Origin: Isurus oxyrinchus
Taxonomy: Eukaryota
Reading direction: 5' to 3'
NCBI GenBank assembly: GCA_026770705.1
Contig: JANJGN010000031.1
Span: forward strand, 13,020,001-13,084,000
Length of the DNA stretch: 64,000 nucleotides
Positions 34,434-48,231 of the stretch are shown piece after piece (the stretch's first letter is position 1; each line of letters starts with the position of its first letter). The position numbers were made by a program, and so were the translations under genes. The notes beneath the pieces were generated by a model, which saw only the letters and a program-made list of their open reading frames with translations, ran no database searches and was not told where the DNA came from.

Positions 34434-34951
34434 TTAAAACAGGTAGCAGCAGGATTAAGTACAGGTACGACATGGTGAAGCAGCCTTACATTGTGCTACG
34501 TGGCATGAGAAGGCCCTTGACCTTTTGGTCAGAGCACAACTGAGTCACAGCATGAGAGAGTGTTGAAAATACAGCACTCTGTGACTGTGAAGAAAAGCTA
34601 TGATGACATCAGAGCTGTGTGTGTGTGCTCTGCTCAAAGCCAAAGTTCAGGGTCTTAACTGGACTGTACCTGAGCTGCCTGACTGACAGGAGCCTCACCA
34701 GGGTGGACATCTCTGGCTGGACATAAACCTTGGAGGTTGGAAGTGTCATCATGTGACCTCTGACCTACCCGCCACCACCACCCCCCTCCCCAAACACCCA
34801 ACGCACCCACCCTTAATCTGCTCCGCCCGCCCGCAGCCAATTGGATAATTAACCAATGCCCTACTGGATGATTCTCCTACCAGCCAAGCCGTGTTTTTGT
34901 CCCGTGTCTGATCGTTAATAAGGAATAAACAAAACCTTGCAGTCTACCTGT

Positions 34952-35535
34952 GTCAGCCGACGCTCAGGTGTTAGCATTCTCACCTCCTAGTCACGAGGGT
35001 CTGGATTCAAGTCTGACTCCGGGGTTTGAGCACAGAAATCAAGGCCGACATTCCGGGCGCAGTACTGAGGGCGCACTGCACAGTCGGCGGTGCCGCCTTT
35101 TGGACGAGGCCTTAAACCAAGGGCCCCGTCCGCCTTCTTGGGCAGACGCGAGAGAGGAAAAAGCAAAATCCCCAGGCGCCATTCTGAAGAAGAGCAGGGG
35201 GGAGTTATCCCCGGAGCCCCCGGTCAATATTTACCCCTCAGTCGCCACGAAGGAGGGTCATACGGACTCGACACGTTAACTGTTTCTCTTCTCTCCACGG
35301 GACCCTGTTCGACCTGCTGAGCTTTGCCCAGCGTTTTCTGTCCTTTTGCTTCAGATTTCCAGCACCGGCAGAATTTTTGCTTTTATGCCAGCCGCTTGTG
35401 GGATCTTGCTGTGCGTGTGTCCTACGGCGCAACGGGGGGTGGAGGGGGGGGGTGCTGCACTTCACAAACCGGCCGTAGGGCCCTTTGAGACGTTGGGTGG
35501 TTGTGGACTGTCCTTATATAAATGCAAATCTTTCT
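34952..35535 (+). mobile_element. GC-shifted DeuSINE with a Penelope terminal-repeat insertion (~35248-35385)
   Basis: Collinear with 27290-27890. The insert reads 'agggtcatacggactcgacacgttaactg..gatttccagcacc..tttttgctttta'. Confidence 0.75.
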
Positions 35536-36354
35536 AGCTTTAGAATCAGAGGAAAAGCACAGTGTTTTTTTAAGCTGCTACGACTTTTCTGCTGGATTTA
35601 CTTGTAGCGATGTGCCCCGGAGGTTAGCCTTTTGTTCCTGGAGTCTCCAGGGCAATCCTGGGGGGTGGAGGGGGGTTGGCAACCCCACCGCCCATTGCTT
35701 CAGTCTGCTCCCTCCCTGCTCTGGTCCAGCGCCGCCCGTATCTCCACACAGACCAGCTTGGACCTGTCACCAATCAGAAATACATGGACGGGGATGCACA
35801 ATTAATGGAGGTTACATCAAATCCAGGAAGCAGCCATTCCTCGAGTGGTAAGGCCATTAAAGGAAGTAGCTCGATTGTGGCATAGTGTCCGGAACCTCTC
35901 AAGATGCTCAGAATTCTGGCTTTTGCAAAGTCCCTTGCGGAGCTGTGTTCACTGTAAACAAATCTCCCTGACTGTTTACTTGAAGTGTAATCTGCACCAT
36001 GTCAGTGCCAAGGGTTTAATATACACTTATGTGTTTTTCAGTGACACTTTGCCAACTGATGAATTACGCTGCCAATGAGCCGCTACTTTTCTTTATGGAA
36101 ATATATGGCTCCTCCCTTGCAAGCTTGCACTAAACCACATTGGCAAGAGGATCCCTACTTTGGTCCTCCACCTGCATTGAGTGGGTGGAGGGCTGGAGGG
36201 GGGTGGGGTGGGGGGGGGTGGTGCTCGGTTGTTGTGTGTGGAGGTTTCATCAATTGCCTGTGATGTGAGAGGGCAAAGTTGTTGCCACTCCTGGTTGCTG
36301 CCTGCTGAGTGCCTTCAGGTCCAGCAAGCGAGGAGGAAGGCAAGTTAGAAAGCC

Positions 36355-36630
36355 CACTTAGCTGGCACCCCATCCACCACCTTAAACATTCACTCCCTCC
36401 ATCACCGACGCACAGTAGCAGCAGTGTGTGTACCATCTAGAAGATGCACTGCAGCCACTCACCGAGGTTCCTTCAACAGCATCTTCCAAACCCACGACCT
36501 CTACCATCTAGGAGGACAAGGGCAGTGGACACATGGGAACACCAGCACCTTGAAATTCCCCTCCAAGTCACTCACCACCCTGGCTTGGAAATATATCCTT
36601 CACTGTCGCTGGGGTCAGAATCCTGGAACT
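36355..36630 (+). mobile_element. LINE family B fragment
   Basis: MHCSHSPRFLQQHLPNPRPLPSRRTRAVDTWEHQHLEIPLQ. Confidence 0.85.
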
Positions 36631-36842
36631 CAATCATGGATAATATCCACTCAACAGAGGTGTCAGAAGACTATAGATTCCTAAGGAACTGTGCCCTGGG
36701 AAATGTCATGTTCCTCAGGAAAAATCTTGGAGCTAAAGGGAAATTAACTCAATTTCTAAGAGAATTCATCCCTGATTGAAGTGAAGAAAACAAACCCCAA
36801 TTCATCTCTTACCATTCAGTACGGTTTTGGATGGTGTATATA

Positions 36843-37017
36843 NNNNNNNNNNNNNNNNNNNNNNNNNNNNNNNNNNNNNNNNNNNNNNNNNNNNNNNNNN
36901 NNNNNNNNNNNNNNNNNNNNNNNNNNNNNNNNNNNNNNNNNNNNNNNNNNNNNNNNNNNNNNNNNNNNNNNNNNNNNNNNNNNNNNNNNNNNNNNNNNNN
37001 NNNNNNNNNNNNNNNNN
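36843..37017. other. Assembly gap (175 N)
   Basis: Run of n bases. Confidence 1.
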
Positions 37018-37824
37018 GGTGCAGAACAGAGACTGTTTTCCTGTTGATCGCCATTCGAATTCCCAAACATTGTACTTCTGGGAAGCTCTCGACTCCTAGT
37101 TCCTGTCTCCAGTTGTCTTTCTGTAATCGCTATATTCTCACAGCCTTGTTCATACATCAGGGAAAACCATTATTGTCATGGCTGAGCTTAAAAGTCTGAG
37201 TGCTCACTGGAGAATAGTCAATTAAATGAGGAGGCATTGGGGAAGATATCCCAACAGGGCCTGATTCCAACAAGGCTGAGCCCACTAAAGAACAGGTCAT
37301 CCAACTGTCAGGAGCCTGCTAAACAATGCTTCATTACCCTTTATCAGACTGTATCGTTAATTGGAGCTTCTATCCTATAAAGCAGTGTTGTACAATAAAT
37401 GCCCAAGCATTGTAAACGCTGAGGCCATTATCAGCACGCAGTGTTTCATAATATATTAGAGGAATGTTTTGTATCACATACAGGGCTGTCTTTATCCTGG
37501 ACTAATAAGTGCTGTGGATCTTTTTTTTTATCATTTTACAGGATTACATCTACCTTGTAACAGTATCCCTTAATATAGACAGCAGTGTTCCATAAAGTAC
37601 AAAGGAGCCTTCTAAATAATTGGCCCCTATCTCTTCCCCAGCTCAGCATCTCCTTCCATCCCAATGGCTGGGGTTTCGCCCCTTAAAATTGGGCAGCGAT
37701 GGAGGCTGTTGTGAAACTGTGTGAAATGGGGTCTGGTCGGTCCCTCTGATGTCATCAACACTGGAATATGCAACTGTGGCAGGGTCAGATAGCAATCTGA
37801 ATGGGGGCTTTTATAAAAAAATAT

Positions 37825-38650
37825 TCATTCACTGTGGGCATCACTGGCCAGGCCAGCATTTGTTGCCCCATCCCTAACTGCCCTTGACAAACTGAGTGTC
37901 TTGCTCGGTCATTTCAGAGGGGCAGTTAAGAGTTGACCACGTTGCTGTGGGTCTGGGGTCACATGTAGGCCAGACTGGGTAAGGGTGGCAGATTTCCCTC
38001 CCTAAAGGGGCATTAGTGAACCAGCTGGGTTTTTATGACAATTGACAATAGTTTCATGGTCACTACCACTGAGACTCTTTCAATTCCAGGTTTTTATTAG
38101 TTGAATTTAAATTCCACCAGCCACCATAGTGGGATTTGAACCCTTGTCCCCAGAGCATTAACCTGGGCCTTTGGATTACTAGCCCAGTGACATTTGCACT
38201 TTGCCACCATCTCCTCACTCCCCGATGACCCTTTGGAAATGAATGATTAAAGGCCGATTAACATCATTGAGGAGGCAATGGACTGTGATTTTATACCCCT
38301 CTCAGAACTGTGTGAGCAGCAAATGGGCAAGGCCAGCGTTTGTTGCCCCATCCCTAATTGCCCTTGAACTGAGTGGCTTGCTCAGCCATTTGGGAGGGGC
38401 AGTTAAGAGACAACCACGTTGCTGTGGGTCCGGAGTCACATGTAGGCCAGACCGGGTAAGGACAGCAGATTTCCCTCCCTAAAGGGGCGTTAGTGACCCA
38501 GATGGGGTTTATGGTCACTGTCAGCTTTCTAATTCCACATTTTTATTGGATTCAAATTTCACCATCTGCCGTGGTGGGATTTGAACCCAGGTCCCCAGAG
38601 CGTTACCCTGGGTCACTAGCCCAGCAGCAACACCACAGCGCTGCTGCCGC
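37825..38650 (-). mobile_element. Two family A SINE copies (~37825-38210 and ~38325-38650)
   Basis: Reverse-complement core and B boxes 'gggatttgaaccc'. Confidence 0.85.
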
Positions 38651-40851
38651 CCCAGAACGATCAGTCCCACTCCACCCTCCAGACAGGGCCAGCTGAGGCT
38701 CAGACAGATGGCTGTTACTTGGAAGGCCTGACCACCCCTCATGCCTGCCTGATGTCTCCCCCCATGCCCGTTTCCATGGGGACTGGCCCTCGTCACATTG
38801 TGCTCTGGCCTTGACATCCTGGATTGCTGCCAGCTCGAGCTCCATCGGGGTCAGGGTCGGGATTGGGGACCGGTCCATGCTTCCCCCACCCTCCCCCCCC
38901 CCCCCCCCCACCCCCCACCACCCCTCACCCCCCCTCCCCTCCTGTATCCTGTGCCCTCTTCTCCTGTGGAATGGCGGCAGTGGCTGCACTAGAGCGAACC
39001 CAAGGCCTGATCGCTCTGCACCATTGCTACAGGGTCTGTGACGCTGAAGCTGCTCTGGGGAAACCTTGCGCAGGTCAGCATCCGCTGACTGAGCTGCGGC
39101 CATTCCTTCCACAGGTCGGTCTCTCCCTCCGCAGCAACCGCATCATCACACTACCCCATTGGCTGCTCTCGAGAGGAGCCTGGGGTTGGTCGCACCCCCT
39201 GGCAGAATGGAGAAGGTCGTTGAGCAGCTTGCTGCACTGCAGCCAGGTTCTCCGGGAGACTGCTCACCTCCCTCCCTGACCACCATGTGGACACTCTTGG
39301 CTCGCTGGGAAACCCCACCCCTTCAGTCCCCGGGGAAGGGGGCCTCCTGCCTCACCTGGGCAGCTTGGGGAAGACAGGCAGGGGGTCTTCACTGAGCCGT
39401 GGGGCCACCCAGGCTGCTGCTTCCATCATGGCTACAACCGGGTCCCACAGGCTCTCTGATTGGCTGGATCGATGGCGGCTGCTTGTCTGAGGCCGATGTG
39501 GGCTGGGCTACATGTTGTGAGGCAGATGAAGGATGGCAGGAGTCTGAAGACGGGGTAGTCCCAGGCAGATGAGTTCTTCTCTCCGACTAAAAGATTCTGG
39601 AAATATCTGCATTCAGTCCTCAGGTGCTGGTGGCCCTTTAAACATTCTGCCAACATCCTCATCTGCATCAGGTGACGATGTGGCCACTGTCTTACCTCCC
39701 TCTCCCTGGATGGAGATTTGTCAGTGTTGTATTTTAGGTCACGGAGATATGCAGAGATGACACCAGTCTCCATGTCTGAACAGGGGCTTTAAAATGTCTG
39801 CAGTCACTGGCTTACTGTTTGCTTTTAGCTCCTCATTCTCAGTGGCCACACCCAGGCTTGACTAATAGCACACAGAACAGAGTTAGCAGGCACCCAGAAT
39901 CAAACACCGAACAATTGAACAGTTGAAATCTACTGTTGGTGAACTGCTAATTGGCTCACTGGCATGAGGCTGTAACGGGAGAGGGTGGGGGGTCAGAGGC
40001 CTGCACCTAAGGCAGTCAACAAAGCTATCAGTCAGGACAACTACCCACTTCCCAGGATCCGAGAACTATCAGCCGCAGCCTCATTTCATGACTCCACAGC
40101 CTCGATAGCTTTTACATTTGGACTGCAGGTTTTTTTTGGTAATAAACTGCTGGGTTAGATCTTGCTAAATTAGTAGGGTTGGCACGGGCACAGAAGTGCT
40201 CCAAGTGAACCGGTGAACCTGCTGAGTTTCTAGAAAATTCTGCCAGCACCAACTCTAAAGCATGACAACGAACGCCATGAGATGTGAGAGCAAGCTGCCC
40301 ATTCCATGTGGAGTGTGAAACTGAAAATTCAATTTTAAAGCAGCAATTATCCTAATTATAAAACACAGCCTGTCTGGAGCATAGCTTGCCTTTAACAGCC
40401 CAGCCTTAAATCAAATTCTCAAGTGCTCGGGAGAAATAATAGGGCCCTGTCGGGTGTGCGCGTGCGTAGGTTAGTTTTTAATAAAAATAGAAACTGCTGG
40501 AAGAATCAGCAAGTTTGGCAGTGTCGGTGGAGAAGGAAACAAGCCCAGTTCGATCATTTGTCACCTGAACGCTTCAAAAATACCCACCAAGCCTATGGGT
40601 CACCCTTCCTGATGCCTCCCGATGTTCCCCGGTGGTCAGTTTTCTTTGCTAACGCTCTGTTAGCCTGGAACCGCAGGCCGGGGTTTCCCAGCGCCCATGG
40701 CAGGGGCTGGCGAGCTACTGAAATCTCCATTCACGTCGGCGGGACCGGAAAATCCCAGCCGCGGTATCTGTTATTAAAAAGGGTAAGGAAGTAATTATCC
40801 AACAGGATGGACCTGTTTTTGCTTGGAATAATCAGCAATGAGATAATGAGC

Positions 40852-41375
40852 GTATGAACAAGGAGCAGGAGTAGGCCATTCAGCCCCTCGTAGCTGCTCC
40901 GCCATTTCATAAGACCGTGGCTGATCTGATAGTAGACTGAAATCTGCATCCCACCTACCCCCGATAACCTACCCCCCGCACCCCCCCCCCCCCACCCCCC
41001 ACCCGCCACTGCTTACCAAGAATCTATCCACCTCTGCCTTAAAAATATTCAAAGACTCTGCTTCCACCACCTTTTCAGGAAGAGATTTCCAAAGACTCAC
41101 AACTCTCTGAGTGAAAAAAATTGCCCTCATCTCTGTTTTAAATGGGTGACCCCTTATTTTTAAATAGTGACCCCCTAGTTCTAGATTCTTCCACAAGAGG
41201 AAACATCCTTTCCACATCCACCCTGTCAAGACCCCTCAGGATCTTATGCGTTTCAATCAAGTTGCCTCTTACTCTTCTAAACTCCAGCAGATACAAGCCT
41301 AACCTGTCTAACCTTTCCTCATAAGACAACCTGCCCGTTCCAGGTATTAGCCTGGTAAACCTTCCCTGAACTGCT
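40852..41375 (-). mobile_element. CR1 3' fragment
   Basis: SYEERLDRLGLYLLEFRRVRGNLIETHKILRGLDRVDVERMFPLVEESRTRG. Confidence 0.92.
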
Positions 41376-41461
41376 CACAGTGAGTAGAACCAAATTGGGG
41401 TTTGGCTCCATTGAGAAGGGGTAGCATGTAAATATTGTTGTAAATACATTTGGGTAAACAC

Positions 41462-41720
41462 TTGGGGGAGATGTAGTATTAGAGTGTTTGGGACTGTAAA
41501 GGCTAATGTGTGACTGGGGAAGCAGTGCTGCCCACATTATGGTCCAGAGTGACACATGAAGAGAGGCCACTTGGATGAGATATAGGGACGTGGGTGGTAC
41601 TCAATGAATAATGGACAATCATGACAAGGATTGGAAGGGTAAAGTAGAGACAAGAAACTACAGACCTCGGTTGAGAAGCTGTTGCCTCCAAGCTGGTTAT
41701 GTTCAATGTTACCACGTGTG
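41462..41720 (+). mobile_element. Possible PPT plus start of a 3' LTR
   Basis: Purine tract 'gggggaga' directly followed by TGTAGTATT; truncated by a CR1. Confidence 0.35.
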
Positions 41721-41721
41721 T

Positions 41722-42150
41722 ACAAGAACACAAGAAATAGGGGCAGGATTAGACCATCTGGCCCATCGAGCCTGCTCCACAATTCAATAAGATCATGGCT
41801 GATCTTAGACTCCAACTCCACATTCCTCCCCTGTCCCAATATCCCTTGATTCCCCTAGAGACCAAAATTCTGTCTATCTCAGTACTAAATATATCCAACA
41901 ATGCAGCTCTCTGAAGTAGAAAATTCCATAGATTCACAACCCTCTGACTGAAGAAATTTCTCCTCATCTCAGTCCCAAATGATCGGCCCTTTATCCTGAA
42001 ACTGTGCCCCCTTGTTTTTCATTTCCCCCAGCCATGGAAACAATCTCCCAGCGTCTATCTTGTCGAACCCCTTCAGAATCCTGTGTGTTTTAATGAGATC
42101 GCCTCTCATTCTTCTAAATGCCAGACAATATAAGCCCCATTTACGCAGCC
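41722..42150 (-). mobile_element. CR1 3' fragment
   Basis: MRRNFFSQRVVNLWNFL..IFSTEIDRIL; reverse-complement tail 'caagaacacaagaa'. Confidence 0.9.
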
Positions 42151-43279
42151 CCTCTCATCCCAGGATGTCAAATGGAACAAAACATTACAATTTCATGAAC
42201 TTAAAGCAAAACAAGAGTTCTCCTAGGGAAGGCAAGTGACTGTGTTGGGGATTCAGATAAATTTTAAAAAAAGACTTACATTTACATAAAGCTTTTCACA
42301 ACCACTAGGGGTCTCAAATGGCTTTACAAATTACTTTTGAAAAGTCACTTGGTAGTACAGAACTTGAATATTGTTGAAAAGAGAGACATGTTGCTGAAGC
42401 TTTTCATCTGGCATTCAACAGGACAAACACAAGAATATCAAATTTCAAACAATCACAACAATTTATACTAGAGGAGACAAGGGTGCTGATTGGTTGGCAA
42501 GTCAACTCTGATTGGCCACAGCAGTGCCAAGGGGAAAGCAATGGGGAATTATAGGCTCTCTAAGCTCCCAGGTAATTCAAAAATGGCTCAAGGTTTGAAC
42601 ATATTCCTTTTGCTTGCAGAGGATGGGCCCCTGTGTATAAATATATGTCGCCTGTAGCAAGCGCAAATGAGCCATATTATGAGCTCGATTGATTATCTTA
42701 ACAACTAATTTAGGATACATTTATGTTGCCCCATGTACTTTGCAGATTCACCCCTTTAATCACACTTTGGTTTAATGTTTTTAAGTTTCCTTTAAACTTT
42801 GTCCTTGGTTTTACATCTGACCTGACTTAGGGGCTGTGCTTGATTTATCCCTTATTTTGTTAATTTAGTTTAATTGTTTTAACTCCAGAGAGTTACTTTG
42901 CAGATTCTTCTGCTCTCAGTCTTCTTGAGATAGTCACAAACGGTTAGTCCAAAGCCAGCATGGGTAATTTTAGGAAACTCCCCTGCTGTTTGAAGTTTTG
43001 CTGAGATAACCAATGTGTTAGACTGGATCCCACATTGGTCCAACTCGAGAAGCCTTCTTCCGTTCAAAGTGATTTTTATCCCTCTTGAGAGCTGCTTTAT
43101 GCACCTTATTTCTAGGGGCATTGTTTCAATTCAATTGTCCATTAGCAAGGGGCAGATATTTGGAGGTCTTCTGATGCAGTGGGTAGTGTCCCTGCCTTAC
43201 AGCCAGAAGCTCTGGGTTGAAGTCTCCAACAAGAGAGAATCTAACCATCATTCAATGGCATTACCATCGCTGAATCCCC

Positions 43280-43860
43280 CACAGGTCGGAGGCTGGGAAT
43301 CCTGCGATGAGTAACTGACCTGCTGATTCCCCTAAGTCTGTCCACCATCTACAAGGTACAAGTCAGGAGTGTGATGGAATACTCCCCACTTGCCTGGATG
43401 AGTGCAGCTCCTACAACACTCAAGAAGCTCAACACCATCCAGGACAAAGCAACCCGCTTGATTGGCACCCCATCCACAAACATTCACTCCCTCCATCACT
43501 GACGCACAGTAGCTGCAGTGTGTACCATCTACAAGATATACTGCAGGAATTCACCAAGGCTCCTTAGGCAGCACCTTCCAAACCCGTGACCTCTACCACC
43601 TAGAAGGACAAGGGTAGCAGACACTTGGGGAACACCACCACCTGGAAGTTCTCCTCCAAGCCACTCACCATCCTGACTTGGAAATATATCGCCGTTCCTT
43701 CACTGTCGCTGGGTCAAAATCCTGGAACTCCCTCCCTAACAGCACTGTGGGTGTGCCATACCTCACATGAACTGCAGTGGTTCAAGAAGGCAGCTCACCA
43801 CCACCTTCTCAAGGGCAATTAGGGATGGGCAATAAATGCTGGTCTAACCAATTATGCCCA
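43280..43860 (+). mobile_element. LINE family B 3' fragment
   Basis: Near-identical to 9817-10420; ends KKAAHHHLLKGN* plus the tail. Confidence 0.9.
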
Positions 43861-44765
43861 AATTAAGAACAGAAAAAAAGTCCCACTCCAGGACTTGATG
43901 GCCGTGGAAAGTGCATTCATAACGCAGCCAAACAGGTTCAATATCAACCTGCAAATCTTTCCAACAGACACTAATGGCAGGCGGTAAGAGTGGGAGAGAT
44001 CCCTGGTCAGCCCTGTGATGGAAAGAACATTGCAGACTCTATCATCATTATCCATAGCTCCAGACTGTAACATGCAGTGAAAAGTGCGTGTTGCCATAGC
44101 AACTCAGACTCCTTTGGGGGTGGGGATGGGGGAGGGGGTTGCACAGTTGGCCGGTGTGGATCAGGTTGGTGCCTGCAGCCTGGCTGGGCTGGATTCAGGA
44201 CCTGCCTCCTTGCCCTACTCATGGTGGAGGTCGTGGCGCTGTGGGTCAGACTTGCCTTTGGGCAGAGAATTGAGGAAGAAAATATTCAAGGTAATTTCTC
44301 CTATTTCCACCAGTAACTCATCTTGTTACCCGTTGCTTGCCTGTTTAACTTTTACACAGGCAGTTGGCTCACATAATGGGTCATGAGACCATCCACCCCG
44401 CTTATCAGGTCTCGGAAGGCCTTGCTTCAAATCCTGTGCTAGAGACGTTGCATTGGCTGACATAAGAGGCCCCCACCATCCTGTGTTTGACAACTCAGAA
44501 AGATTTCTTCATAGGCGAGAGAGAGAGAGACAGACAGAGAGCGAGAGAGAGAGAGAGCCATATCTGTAATGTTCAAAACATTTCTTAAGATGTTATATGG
44601 TGTATATATGTGTATATATATGGCTGGTCCAGTTCAGTTTGTGATCAATGCTCACCCCCAGATTAATGTTGCAAGACACAACCAATTATAAAGAACATAG
44701 CTTTGCAGGAGGACAGATCACATTCAAACAACCCTTACCTCATTAAAAAATGGCCTTTAACTTGA

Positions 44766-45081
44766 TGTTGTATCCTATATCCTGGTTTGTTGGGACTTAA
44801 GGATCTGCATCCTTGTTTCAAGGTGACCGAGTTGGCACAATAGACAGAGAAGATCAGTACATTGTTCTTAGAAGAAACACATTCTGTTTATTTACAAAAG
44901 GATCTCAGCAGCTACACTTGTGCACTTACAACTCCGAACTCAGTCTTTACGCTTTGCATGCTAACTCAAGACTACTGACTGCAGAGGTAGTCCGTGCTGC
45001 TGTGCTATTGGATACCAAGGTCATGCGATCTGCCATGAACAACCTTCGTCTTAAAGGTATATTACACATCAGATTACTACA
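44766..45081 (-). mobile_element. 3' LTR of a Gypsy element (316 bp)
   Basis: TGTTGTA...TACTACA termini; the adjacent C-run at ~45084-45097 is a polypurine tract on the minus strand. Confidence 0.75.
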
Positions 45082-46890
45082 GTCCCCCCCCCCCTTTAAT
45101 CAGAAATACCTTTTACAATTTTTCTCAAAACACCAACATTTTCACACAGGTAAGAAAGTAAAGTCTGTCTTTCTGGGGGGTCTCCTTATGTGTGTAGAAC
45201 GTCTCAGCTCTACAGCTTCAGATGTTTTATCCGGAACATCCTTCCCTGGAATTGCCTGATCATCAGGCTCTTCCGTAGGTACCTGCAAATCTGTTTCCTC
45301 GACTCTTTCAGCTACAGTCGAACTTTCAGACACACCTGTTCTCAGTTGATTTCTTTCAACAGGAGACATTGACTCAGTCACGAACACGGGTGGAATCAAT
45401 TCTGTCTCTCCTCTTCTTACGTGATCCACATGTCTCCGTGGGACTCGATCTTCCACTTTCACGTGGTAGGAAAGCAGTCCAGTTATTGCACTTATTTCAC
45501 CAAACAACCATGTTGGTCCTTGTCTAAGATTCTTCGCATGTACCTCCCTTCTCACGTTCTCACACGACTGTGCCAGTCATATCCAGTTTTCGGACTTCCC
45601 TGATTTCTTTCCACTTTCCACCCCCCCGAAGTTTGGCATAATTAGGCTCAACCTCGGACACGGCGCTTCATCAACAATTCCGCAGGTGTGACACCTGTTG
45701 TGGTATGAGGGGTGGTCCTATAATGGAAGAGAAAACGTGCTAGTTTAGTCACTTATAGAATCTCCAGGCAATTTCTTCAAGCCAGACTTGAACGTCTGAA
45801 CTGCTCTCTCGGCCTGTCTGTTTGAAGGAGGATCGTACAGTGAAGCTTTTACATGAGCAATACTGCTGAAGCTGATAAATCGGTGAAACTCGGCACTCGT
45901 ATATACCATTCCATTACCTGATACACCCACTTCCGGTAGTCTGTTGATTGCAAAGCTTTGCTGTAGCTTGTCTATTGTAGCAGAAGATGTCGGCGACTTT
46001 ACTTCACCTATGTCCATCCATTTTGAGTGAGCGTCGACGATAAGCAGAGACATTGTTCCCGTGAAAGGTCCCACATAGTTGAAGTGTAATCACACTTTCT
46101 GGCCACCCCCCCCGGGGTGTAACGGAGCTGTTGAAGGTCTTTTCATCCTTTTTGGAGGAACAATCACTCGTGCTCCCCACAATAAGGTACTTTCCTGGCT
46201 GGTTATCTCGTATCTCCCCAGAAAATATGGTTTCATCTCGTCAGATTCCTGTTCTTGTGACCAAACCATGAGGACCTTGTTCCCAGACCCTGGATAATGC
46301 TGGGTCTAGGCTTTGTCCAATCTCTAATCTGTCCAGCACATATCGCTGATCAATCCAGGGAGTTCAACAATAAAACAAATTCTTGAGGAATTGGAACATT
46401 CTCATCGTTTACTTACAAGGGCAAACGACTGAGTGCATCAGTGTTTGCAATTTGACTTCCCAGTCTATGAATGAAGATAAACTCATAAAGCTGCCAAGAT
46501 CAATGTCCATCTTTGTATTCTTGCTGAGGACGTAGTGGGTATAACCTTGTCTTCGCTGAATAATCCCAGCAAGTCCGATATGAAAGTAAAATGACTACAG
46601 GTGAAACTTCTTAACACCAAACTTGATTGACCGGCCTTATTTTTCCTATCAATGAGTGAACCTTTTCTGCTATGTTGAGTATTCTTGATACGTGTCCTAT
46701 AGGCCATTCTGATCCGTTCGATGGGAGACCACTGCTCCCGCTCCATAGGGAGGTATGTCACATGTCAACACCAACTCTTTCTTCAGGTCAAAATGTACTA
46801 GAAGAGTAAATGATTGCAACAACTGTTTCACTTTTGTGAAAGCTTCTTCCTGTGGTGTTTGCCAAGACCAACACTGGTTTTCCTTGAGTG
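45082..46890 (-). pseudogene. Degenerate Ty3/Gypsy pol (RNase H - integrase)
   Basis: IPTTSSARIQRWTLILAA (RNase H end); GPF..LLIVDAHSKW..LPEVGVSGNG..SAEF..PSNRQAERAVQTFK (integrase core with the catalytic Asp residues mutated); C-terminal LRRSTHIRRPP; multiple stops and frameshifts. Confidence 0.88.
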
Positions 46891-47056
46891 AGACATACAG
46901 GGGTGGCAGTTCTGTCTTGCTTTACCCCATCCTTTTGTGTCTTTTTCTTGCTTTTCACTCTCGTCGCTAGTTTGTTGGATCCTGTACCCTGGGTTTACTG
47001 GGACTTAAGAGTCGGGGCTGCACGCTTGTTGCAAGGTGACTGAGTTGGCACATGGA

Positions 47057-47370
47057 GGTTTCGAATCCATATGACTCTTCTTCAGTGCTAAAGAGAAGTA
47101 GAAATGTGACGGATTTTATACTGTTTAAGGGTGGGGGGGGTGCGGGGTGGAGCGGGTGGAGCAAGATAGAAGGTCAGGGATAGGTGGGGGCTCAGGACAT
47201 ATTGACAATGACATCATAGACAGAAGACAAGGGGATTGTTAATGATAGTGGTAAAGACTAAAGTAAGTGCTGATGGTGGTATTAAGTCAGAGCAGAATGT
47301 GTTAATAGCAGAACAAGGGTCAGTGCTCTGTAAAAGCACAACGTGGAAACCAGTGACTGATGTGGGGAGA
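47057..47370 (-). mobile_element. Penelope-like 3' UTR / terminal-repeat fragment (different subfamily)
   Basis: Reverse complement 'CTGAAGA agagtc atatg gattc GAAA'; the purine-rich body resembles 13755-14100. Confidence 0.6.
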
Positions 47371-48231
47371 GGAACAGATGCGCATGATCCTTTTGATCAC
47401 ACATAGAGAGTGTGCTGGCTTAGCACTTTGACTCACCAAATGATGGAAACCCCAGAAATACAGCCAGATTGGGTAGAGCAGTTGCCCATTTAATTAACAA
47501 ATTTTATCCATATGGAGCCACCTAACTGAGATAATAACTTGTTTACATCCCATGTTTAATTCCTCTTGGGAAAAGTATTCCTGCAAAACACCCAGGGAAA
47601 GTGCAAGGGTCAAGCTCAGACTCCTCACAGCTGCAGAAGAGGTGTCAATGTGTTTGCAAACCCCTTATCAGTGACTTCAAGAGCATGCAATGACTGTGAC
47701 CTGATGGGAAGCAAAGATATGTGGTGATTGCAACCAGATACCAATCTGGTCCGTTTAAAAGGGGAAGTAAAGCATAGGATGGAACCTTCTAATCTAAGCT
47801 CCGCTTTGTATTTGGAAATGTGTTTATAAAAATAGCAGAACCCTGAAAGCGTTTAGCGTGATGTGATGCAATGTCAGACAGTTGCAATCTTGGTTCAGTG
47901 CTAGCCATGGCTCTGTGGGCTGTATGGCCTCTGTGTTACAGGGCTACATATACAACCCTATCAGAACCCATCGATCCGGTGTGGAAGCAAGTCATCCTCG
48001 ATCCCGAGGAATTACCAGAGAGAGGAGAGACTTCTTTAAGTTATAAACTCCAAACCTTTTTTACTCTATCCTAATATCTAAGGTGCTTTACAATATGAAT
48101 TAGTTGAATGGGCCCTTCCTCTGCACCCTTTCCAGAACCTTAATATCACACATTACATGAGGTGGTCAAAACTGGACACACTATTCCAAATGAGGCCTGA
48201 TCAACATCTGATACCAGGACATAGACTTAGG

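Noticed and set aside
36781-37199. ORFs containing X runs
   Set aside because: They are artefacts of the N gap.
38660-39900. Cluster of 60-170 aa ORFs
   Set aside because: GC-rich and low-complexity, with no consistent frame or domain; probably a decayed unclassified repeat.
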